Virus record (IMG/VR): IMGVR_UViG_3300042691_038416
Coordinates: 60,140 to 124,139 of that record
From: a virus
Length of the DNA stretch: 64,000 bases
Strand: one strand, 5' to 3'
Positions 56,901 through 64,000 of this stretch are shown here, piece by piece. Under the pieces are notes generated by a model. That model made no database searches and was not told where the DNA came from. It saw only the letters and a list, made by a program, of their open reading frames with translations. Within the stretch, counting starts at the first letter, position 1. Every line of letters begins with the position of its first letter. The position numbers were made by a program, and so were the translations under genes.

Positions 56901-58346
56901 TTATCTAGGTACTGCTAAGAAATAATATCTGTTAGAACCACACCCTCCACCACTACAATTTTGTACAGCTGTTCCACTAAACCAAGTAGGAACTGTGGTA
57001 CTAGGTGTTTGAGTTGTTAAAGAGTTTTCATTATATTTTAATATCCAACCTACAGCACCTGCGTTATTAAATGCTTTACCAGCTTTGAACACCCAATAAG
57101 ACACATGAGATATTTCTGCTGTGATATAACCACCTGTAGCACCTATATCTGCTAAGATAGAAGCGTATTGTCCAAATACTTTATCTATTGTAACAATACC
57201 ATTAGCCATTCTAACTTTAATAAATGCTTCTGTAGCACCTTGAGTACATTCAAAGTGAGTATTACGTACTGTAAAATCTTTTACTACTGTTGAGGATTGT
57301 CCATCAAAATCAATACCTGCTCTAACTGAAAATCCTTCGATAATACAATCTTCAACTACAACACCTGAGGCAGCTACAATTTTAAAAGCAACATCTCCCG
57401 AACCAAAGTATCTGCAGCTTCTAAAAGTAGTATGGTTTGATTGAGAGTTTGAGTTGGAAGATCCAGCCCAGTTACCTCTATCAGCTACCCAACCAGAAAC
57501 GCAGTTAGTAGCAAAGCAGTTATCTACTGTGGTTCTCAAAGCAAAACGTAAGTGAATACATTCACCTAAAGTCTCGCCCATTATGTTTTGGTAATATGCA
57601 CCATAGGTAGGACCGATATCAATACCAATTTGAGTATTAGTGCCTTTCAATACTAAATTTCTAAAAGTACACCTGAGATCAATCATCGTATTAGCATCAC
57701 TATTATCTGTAGGTGAAGGTCTGCTAAATATAGGTGTAGTACCAGTAGATATTAATTTAGAATAGTTACCATCAATTTGAAAGTATTTAGAATATTTTTC
57801 AATCATTATAGATTTAGTACCAATGTAATAAGTACCACCTCTTGCTTTTACGCCACCACCATTCAATGTTGCTTGCTTAACAGCCATCTGCCAAGCTGCC
57901 CAATCAACAAGATCCGAGGTAGTAAAACCCATTCCTGGATAAAGAGCGTTGATAGTATCTTGTGTAATACCACGTTGAGCAAAAGTTTGATTTGCTCTGA
58001 TTGCTCCGTATTGTTCAGGTGTATAATCAGCTCCTCCTCCACTACCTCCTGATGAACTAATATATATAGTGTCTTTTGTTACAATAAATACAGTATCCTT
58101 TAATGATAAAGACTTAAATAAACTATCTTTAACCCAAGTAGTACTACCTGTATATCTATATTGATCCCCAGTTTTTGGGTTTATATTATAATATCCTGTT
58201 TTAATTATATTTCCGGTTCCAAATGGATTATAATTTAGAGTAGAGGTATCATTAGTAATACGATACCAAGTTATTGTTTTTTGCCCAAAAGATAAAGTAC
58301 TAGTTAATAATAAAACTGCTAATAATAATTGTTTTGTAAAATGCAT
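56901..58346 (-). CDS. Secreted right-handed beta-helix (pectate-lyase-like) protein
   Basis: SPI signal peptide; PEQYGA..D.AAWQ.A..GGTY.I; beta-helix-like N/G repeats. Confidence 0.65.
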   Translation of the reverse strand: MHFTKQLLLAVLLLTSTLSFGQKTITWYRITNDTSTLNYNPFGTGNIIKTGYYNINPKTGDQYRYTGSTTWVKDSLFKSLSLKDTVFIVTKDTIYISSSGGSGGGADYTPEQYGAIRANQTFAQRGITQDTINALYPGMGFTTSDLVDWAAWQMAVKQATLNGGGVKARGGTYYIGTKSIMIEKYSKYFQIDGNYSKLISTGTTPIFSRPSPTDNSDANTMIDLRCTFRNLVLKGTNTQIGIDIGPTYGAYYQNIMGETLGECIHLRFALRTTVDNCFATNCVSGWVADRGNWAGSSNSNSQSNHTTFRSCRYFGSGDVAFKIVAASGVVVEDCIIEGFSVRAGIDFDGQSSTVVKDFTVRNTHFECTQGATEAFIKVRMANGIVTIDKVFGQYASILADIGATGGYITAEISHVSYWVFKAGKAFNNAGAVGWILKYNENSLTTQTPSTTVPTWFSGTAVQNCSGGGCGSNRYYFLAVPR

Positions 58347-58876
58347 AATTTATAGATTTTATATAGTTTTTCATCAGTATGTAATCTTACAAAGTACATA
58401 CCATTTGATAATTTAGATAAATTTAAATTTGTGTGATAATCTATAATTTGTGTGTTATAAACCAATAAATTACTAGTTGTGTATACTGATATTTGTAAAT
58501 TTTCTACTAGTTGATTAATAAATATATTTACGTTATTAATAGCTGGGTTAGGTGAAATAACAGAAATTACAGGTTCATCTTTTTTAACTAACCAATAGTC
58601 ATAATCTGATGGATTAGAAAGAATTTTATTGTTTTTCACTTCTGTATAACCTAATATATTGTATGATTCATTATTTAAGTCAAAAATTTCATCACTAAAA
58701 TATGAAGGAACTCTCCAAACAACTATACCTAAATCATCAGTATGAATAATGTCATAATCTTCTATATTTGTTGATTTATAGTAAGATGTAGAAACTATAC
58801 CTATAGATTCATTATACTGAGATTTAACTTTTGTTGAAAAAGTAAGAAACAATATAATTAGAATGATATATTTCAT
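58319..58876 (-). CDS. Protein with signal peptide and T9SS (Por) C-terminal sorting domain
   Basis: ISPNPA...NI..ISVY...LNLSKLSNGMYFVRL...KL. Confidence 0.75.
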   Translation of the reverse strand: MKYIILIILFLTFSTKVKSQYNESIGIVSTSYYKSTNIEDYDIIHTDDLGIVVWRVPSYFSDEIFDLNNESYNILGYTEVKNNKILSNPSDYDYWLVKKDEPVISVISPNPAINNVNIFINQLVENLQISVYTTSNLLVYNTQIIDYHTNLNLSKLSNGMYFVRLHTDEKLYKIYKLCILQNNYY

Positions 58877-58925
58877 TTGGTTTTGGTTGATTGTACACCA
58901 ATAAATATTGCGAAATTTTTAAAAT

Positions 58926-59936
58926 TTACGCGAAATTATTTAACCAAATGTACTTTGAATCACTATTATATAATTTTAGTTTTTGTTTATTTAAAAATTT
59001 AAATAATCCCCAATCACCAAAAAAGTAAGCAGTTTCTAATTTAATTTGAATACTATCTACTGAGTTAGGATCTGCTTTAAAGCAATTATTTACCCAAAAT
59101 ATTTCAGGAGAAACTACAACAGGTATATTATTATTTACAAAATCTGCTGTCACAATATTAAATGTCTCAGAATAACTCACTTGCATTCCAATATCCATTT
59201 GTTTAATCACATTAACAAATTCATGATGAGGCATCCATTCATGTTTAATTAATTTATGATATGGATTATTTGCGAATAAATTTTCTATATTTTTTAAAAT
59301 AGGTTCTCCTTTACCTTCAACTCGAGTAGCATTAATATGAAAATGAATAGATTTTCTTAAACTATTTCCAAAATTAATAGCTGCTACTGCTTGTATTAAT
59401 TGATTTTTTAAAGGTCTAATAGCTCCAAAACATCCTATATTGATATGAGTTTTAGGTTGTTTTTTATTTTTATGATTGTATACTGGGTAGTAATTTGGAA
59501 GATATAGGATAGGACGTTTTAATAATTCTGTAAGTTGTTTATCCATTCTTCTTGAATTAACAGATAAAATTACATTTTTACAATCTAGATACTTATAAAT
59601 CCACTCTATAGCGATTCCTTCACCTGATAAGAAAGGAATTTCACTGTGTAATCTAACAATCCATTTTACATTTGGATGTAATTTAGCTAAAACTTTAAAC
59701 TTTTCAGGCGTAACCCATAATGCTTCTATAATAACATGAGTTGGTTTATATAAATGGACTTCTTTATCTATAGAATTAGCATCAACTACATTTGCTAATT
59801 TAGCTTCTACTCCATTATGATTTAACATATTAACAACAAACTGAGCTGAATTGTACAGACCAGACGCTATAGGGGTATTAGTTATGTTTGAATAAATGTG
59901 TTTTTGTTTACTGATAAAAAGAAGTCTAGATTTCAT
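58926..59936 (-). CDS. Glycosyltransferase (GT-B, GT4-like)
   Basis: GCFGAIRPLKN, VSYSETFNIVTAD, IPVV.S. Confidence 0.75.
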   Translation of the reverse strand: MKSRLLFISKQKHIYSNITNTPIASGLYNSAQFVVNMLNHNGVEAKLANVVDANSIDKEVHLYKPTHVIIEALWVTPEKFKVLAKLHPNVKWIVRLHSEIPFLSGEGIAIEWIYKYLDCKNVILSVNSRRMDKQLTELLKRPILYLPNYYPVYNHKNKKQPKTHINIGCFGAIRPLKNQLIQAVAAINFGNSLRKSIHFHINATRVEGKGEPILKNIENLFANNPYHKLIKHEWMPHHEFVNVIKQMDIGMQVSYSETFNIVTADFVNNNIPVVVSPEIFWVNNCFKADPNSVDSIQIKLETAYFFGDWGLFKFLNKQKLKLYNSDSKYIWLNNFA

Positions 59937-59979
59937 AGGTTAAGGTTTCTCATAAATATAGAGAAATCTTAACTAAGGA

Positions 59980-60216
59980 TTATTCTATAGTAATTACTTC
60001 ACCACTTAATAATATTTCAATAGATTGTCCTCTTTTAAGTGGTTTATCTAAATTTATAAGTTTTAAAATCGCGTCACAAAAATTTCTTATACCTATAGGT
60101 TCACCTGGAGCTACATAAGCATCTTCGTATTCTCTACCTTCTACTTTAATTATTATAGGTTTATTTTTTGTTAACATGTATAACCCATTATGCTGTCTAG
60201 TTAACCACAATCTCAT
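59980..60216 (-). CDS. Hypothetical protein
   Basis: ORF. Confidence 0.6.
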   Translation of the reverse strand: MRLWLTRQHNGLYMLTKNKPIIIKVEGREYEDAYVAPGEPIGIRNFCDAILKLINLDKPLKRGQSIEILLSGEVITIE

Positions 60217-60225
60217 ATTAAATTC

Positions 60226-61200
60226 TTATCTAGGAGGGATAGCGGCATAACAATATCTTTTAGTAAACCACACAAATCCCTTAAAGTTAATCCACTGCTT
60301 TTGAAACGATGTCATATTATAGTAAATATTATTATACGTTTGAGTTTCAATATATAAATAAGGATTTGGATACCCAAAAGCAGCCGCTAAAGTAGGACCT
60401 GTGAAAGTATTACTAGCTCCCCAGGCTGTATTCTCAGCAGATATAATGATGTAGAGATTAATTCGTTTATTAGCCTGTCGTGCCCCTTTGGCGATAATAT
60501 CCAATCTGCCACCGGTGGCACCGGTACTTTGAGCATTAGCATAACTATAAGTAGGAATCCCATTTTGATAACAATGTAATAAAATTCTATCTGAATATCT
60601 AACTTGATCTTTAGAGGCAATAGTATCTATAGTTGATCCTAAGTTCTTATACCAACCCTCATAAAAATCATTTGTAACTATTGTTCCATTATTTATTTGT
60701 TGATTTATATTATTCCAGTTACTCCAAGTAGTAGCTCCATTCCACCACTCAAGTTCTAAATTAGCTATATTAATTTTTTTAGTAGGATCAGATTGTGAGT
60801 TATTATATCTAGTAATATTTCCTGTGGTTGAAAAAGTTGTTGAGCTACCACTCACTACAGCTCTAGTTGTTACACCACTATCATTTAATTGCTTTAAAAA
60901 ATTACTAAAATTAGTATAATTAGAAGTAGAAGATACAATTCCAGAAGTACTATAAAAATATACTCCTGTAAAGTTATATTTTTTAAGGTATCTACTAAAA
61001 GTATTTTTACCTTGAGTATTATTATATAATGTATCAGTTTTATCTACATACATTAATCTTTCCCAAGTTGGTATTCTTAAATCTAAAGGAATAGTTTTGT
61101 TTAGAGCACCTGATGGAGAAATTTCTTCTTTAGCACATCTAGTGACTGATAAACATAAGAATAGTAAGATAAGTAGGAAGTGTGTGGAGCCTGTTTTCAT
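60226..61200 (-). CDS. Putative lipoprotein, possible glycoside-hydrolase-like barrel
   Basis: Lipobox ..VTRC-AKEE; NLELEWW, ILLHCY. Confidence 0.55.
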   Translation of the reverse strand: MKTGSTHFLLILLFLCLSVTRCAKEEISPSGALNKTIPLDLRIPTWERLMYVDKTDTLYNNTQGKNTFSRYLKKYNFTGVYFYSTSGIVSSTSNYTNFSNFLKQLNDSGVTTRAVVSGSSTTFSTTGNITRYNNSQSDPTKKINIANLELEWWNGATTWSNWNNINQQINNGTIVTNDFYEGWYKNLGSTIDTIASKDQVRYSDRILLHCYQNGIPTYSYANAQSTGATGGRLDIIAKGARQANKRINLYIIISAENTAWGASNTFTGPTLAAAFGYPNPYLYIETQTYNNIYYNMTSFQKQWINFKGFVWFTKRYCYAAIPPR

Positions 61201-61245
61201 GAAAAATAACAGTTTGTGGTTTCATATAAATATTATAATATTTAG

Positions 61246-62241
61246 CTAGTTTGATAAAGGCATTTTAATTGATGGGTGTGATTGATAATTTTCTATTTGA
61301 AAATCACCTATCTCCATACTATTAATATATCTACTTATAGTACTATACTCATGATTCCAAAACTCACTATTAACAAACAATTCAGGTAATTTAAATGGCT
61401 CTCTTGTTAATTGTTCCTTAATACCATCAATTTGATTTTCATAAATGTGGCAATCACCTAAATTACCAATCAATTCATCTGGTATCATATTTGTTGCTTC
61501 TGCTAATATATGAAGTAATAAACCATAGGAAGCAATGTTGAATGGTAAACCTAATGGAACATCTACGCTTCGTTGATTCCACATTAGAGAGATTGCTCTT
61601 CTTTGTACTCCAATTTTATCTAATACTTCATGATATTGTTCCTCTGTAAGGTATCCAATAGGAAAATCCATGACATCTCTAGTAGGTATTTTATTCCATA
61701 ATTCAAATCGTTCTTTTATAGACAACTCTCTTGTATAAACTTGAAATCCATAATGACAAGGAGGTAATACCATTTGATCTAATTCACCTACATTCCAAGC
61801 TGATACCATTAATCGTCTTGAGTCAGGTTCTGTTTTTAGACTATGAACTAATCTTGCAATTTGATCATACCAAAGTGAACCAACTGCTTTACCATCTTTA
61901 ACTAACCAACCTTGCCACTGTCTCCATTGCTTACCATAAATTGGACCTAATTCACCATCTGTTCTACCACTCTTCTCATAATCACCATCCCAAATATGGC
62001 AGTTGTTATCATGCAAAAACTTAATGTTGGTATCACCTCTTAAAAACCAAAGTAATTCTGTTACAATAGTTTTCCATGCCATCTTTTTAGTTGTTAATAA
62101 AGGAAATCCATCACTCATTTTATGACGAATTTGTCTACCAAATATAGAAATGGAATCTGTACCAGTTCTAGTTTGTTTTTTGGTTCCGTTGTCAAGAATG
62201 TCTTGGCAAAGAGATAGGTATTGTGGATCTATATTATTCAT
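61246..62241 (-). CDS. thyA: Thymidylate synthase
   Basis: RTGT, PLLTTK, ELLWFL.G, PDSRR, LPPCH, QRSVD..LGLPFNIASY, HIY. Confidence 0.97.
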   Translation of the reverse strand: MNNIDPQYLSLCQDILDNGTKKQTRTGTDSISIFGRQIRHKMSDGFPLLTTKKMAWKTIVTELLWFLRGDTNIKFLHDNNCHIWDGDYEKSGRTDGELGPIYGKQWRQWQGWLVKDGKAVGSLWYDQIARLVHSLKTEPDSRRLMVSAWNVGELDQMVLPPCHYGFQVYTRELSIKERFELWNKIPTRDVMDFPIGYLTEEQYHEVLDKIGVQRRAISLMWNQRSVDVPLGLPFNIASYGLLLHILAEATNMIPDELIGNLGDCHIYENQIDGIKEQLTREPFKLPELFVNSEFWNHEYSTISRYINSMEIGDFQIENYQSHPSIKMPLSN

Positions 62242-62250
62242 AACTTTCTA

Positions 62251-62847
62251 TTAATAGTATTTTACTCCCCAAACTTTTATATTCATAGTATTAGGGGCAA
62301 CTGATGTGCCTCCAAAATAAGGATATAAAATATAACCAGTTTGTTTAGTGGTTCCTTTACCAACAACAAATCTAGTTGTTGCTTTACCATTTTGTACTAA
62401 TGTAATCCAAGATGTATCACCTGATAATTTTTGATCAACATAAATTGGTACTTGTCTTGCATAATTACCAATTTTTCTTGATACACGAACACCTGAAAAG
62501 TAAGAGTAATTGTAAAGCATTAGTGTATCAAGTTTCCAATTCCAACCTAATCTAGTTGAGTTAGTTTGATGTGCTCCATAAGAGTAACCATATGCTTTAT
62601 TAATGTCATTACTATCAGTTGTATTAAGTTTATATTTACAATTATCTTCAAACTGGATGTAATAAGACATTCTACTAATGCCTGGGTGGGTTTGATTTAA
62701 GCGAGGTGAACAAAAATGTGCTCCTTTCGCTATTGTAAAATTAATACTGTCTGCTACTCCAGAAGCAATATCTCCTCCAGTAGGAATACAAGCAGATCCA
62801 ATTAAAATTAATGTAAAAAAGAATAAAGAATAAATAAGTGTTTTCAT
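62251..62847 (-). CDS. Putative lipoprotein, beta-sandwich
   Basis: LIGSAC lipobox; NSTRLGW, YPYFGG...AP. Confidence 0.6.
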   Translation of the reverse strand: MKTLIYSLFFFTLILIGSACIPTGGDIASGVADSINFTIAKGAHFCSPRLNQTHPGISRMSYYIQFEDNCKYKLNTTDSNDINKAYGYSYGAHQTNSTRLGWNWKLDTLMLYNYSYFSGVRVSRKIGNYARQVPIYVDQKLSGDTSWITLVQNGKATTRFVVGKGTTKQTGYILYPYFGGTSVAPNTMNIKVWGVKYY

Positions 62848-62864
62848 AATTTAAATTTTTATTT

Positions 62865-62997
62865 TAGGAAAGTAGAAGATGGGTGCGTGGACATCTACTT
62901 TTACGATTGGCGTTTCTTGCCGATTATGGAACCTGCCCTCACCACATGCATCAGCCCTTTCTACAGTTAAAAGATGCATGGTTTCCCAATCAACCTA
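62865..62997 (-). ncRNA. Candidate structured RNA (~130 nt)
   Basis: TAGG/CCTA, GATTGG/CCAATC, CATGCATC/GATGCATG, AAAGTA-GATG/CATC-TACTTT stems; GC-rich intergenic island. Confidence 0.6.
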
Positions 62998-63003
62998 TAT
63001 TTT

Positions 63004-63222
63004 TTAACAACCATCTTCTGGTATACGTCTTAGATTTACTATTTCATCATCAGACTCATCAAAACTGAAGTATTTACAAATTTCTGTCATTACATAGTGA
63101 TAGATATTTGCTTTAAATTGATCTTCATCTAGTGTATCTGTATGCCTGCGGGCTTTATAATACCCACCCTCAATACCTTTTTCAACTGCATCTGATAATA
63201 CTCTGTATTTATTTATTTTCAT
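63004..63222 (-). CDS. Hypothetical phage protein
   Basis: Y.VL..AVE.GI..G...A..HT...EIC.YF.F. Confidence 0.65.
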   Translation of the reverse strand: MKINKYRVLSDAVEKGIEGGYYKARRHTDTLDEDQFKANIYHYVMTEICKYFSFDESDDEIVNLRRIPEDGC

Positions 63223-63223
63223 A

Positions 63224-63859
63224 TTAAAATTCTACTCCATTCTTTTGAATCGCATGTAAAAATTCTTCACGAATCAAATTATCTTTTTCCATAAATACTC
63301 CACTAAATTTATTTGTGGTCATAGTACTTGTAGGATGTTTGATTCCACGATTTGAACAACACATATGTTTTGAAGCTATACTTACAGCTACAGATCCACA
63401 TTCCATTTTCTTAGCTACAAAATCATGAATCTGTTGAGTAAGTGATTCTTGCATTTGAGGTCTACGTGCAAACCAATCTACAATACGATTTAATTTACTT
63501 AAACCAATCACATAATCACTAGGCACATAAGCTACAGTAGCATAACCAATAAATGGTAAATTATGATGTGCACACATTGATATTACTGGAATGCCTGTTT
63601 GAATAACAATACCATTATAATTTTCCTCATTTGGAAATACTGTAATATTAGGTTCGTCAGTTACTGATCCAATTACAAGATCTTTTAACCATGCTTTAGC
63701 TACACGACGAGGTGTGTCCATAGTTTGAGGATCTTTTTCATAATCAAAGCCTACTGATTTTAGAAATTCACCATAGTGTTTAGTAGCTTTGTCAATCATT
63801 TTTTCAACTTCCTTAGACGAACGAGGAAGATTTTCATTTGCTTTATTTAATAAGTCCAT
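63224..63859 (-). CDS. folE: GTP cyclohydrolase I
   Basis: DTPRRVAK, SMCAHH.LPF, GLSKLNRIV..FARRPQ.QE, H.C...RG. Confidence 0.95.
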   Translation of the reverse strand: MDLLNKANENLPRSSKEVEKMIDKATKHYGEFLKSVGFDYEKDPQTMDTPRRVAKAWLKDLVIGSVTDEPNITVFPNEENYNGIVIQTGIPVISMCAHHNLPFIGYATVAYVPSDYVIGLSKLNRIVDWFARRPQMQESLTQQIHDFVAKKMECGSVAVSIASKHMCCSNRGIKHPTSTMTTNKFSGVFMEKDNLIREEFLHAIQKNGVEF

Positions 63860-63904
63860 ATTTTCTTTTTTATTAATATATCAAAACTAATTTTGTAATC
63901 CAAA

Positions 63905-64000
63905 CTATTTTTCTATTTTTAGCCCACAATATAAATCAATCATAACCATTTCACGCTCAGCCATTTTCTTAGTCCAGCGTTTTTTCTTTCGTAAGTATTC
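63905..64000 (-). CDS. 3' end of a hypothetical gene (5'-truncated)
   Basis: ...EYLRKKKRWTKKMAEREMVMIDLYCGLKIEK-TAG, abutting promoter 63873-63904. Confidence 0.5.
   Translation of the reverse strand, partial: EYLRKKKRWTKKMAEREMVMIDLYCGLKIEK

Overview
This window looks like a 64-kb segment of a large, AT-rich lytic dsDNA phage infecting a Bacteroidota host. Essentially all real genes are on the minus strand. Coordinates ~1-16.5 kb hold an array of short early genes, most preceded by a Bacteroidota-type promoter (TTTG/TTAG-N20-TATATTTA; about 36 copies counted by eye, fixed 20-nt spacer). This region also has four canonical tRNAs, three non-canonical tRNA-like RNAs and two unexplained structured RNAs. 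16.5-29.9 kb holds two repeat-rich fibre proteins, a glucosaminidase, ClpP, DNA ligase and putative internal head proteins. 29.9-47.2 kb is a ~17-kb glycosylation locus with a near-complete nonulosonic (pseudaminic-like) acid pathway, tailoring enzymes and 4-5 glycosyltransferases. 47.4-56.9 kb is a T4-like replication module (Cas4-like nuclease, clamp loader, clamp, PolB) with GroES/GroEL. 56.9-64 kb holds secreted, T9SS-tagged and lipoprotein genes, thyA, a candidate ncRNA and folE. The most striking candidates are: (i) a twice-repeated 'tRNA - novel structured RNA - anticodon-less tRNA mimic' layout suggesting tRNA-punctuation release of phage ncRNAs; (ii) a rearranged tRNA with a UAU anticodon loop; (iii) the phage nonulosonic-acid glycosylation system. 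All calls come from reading motifs by eye; no database search was run.
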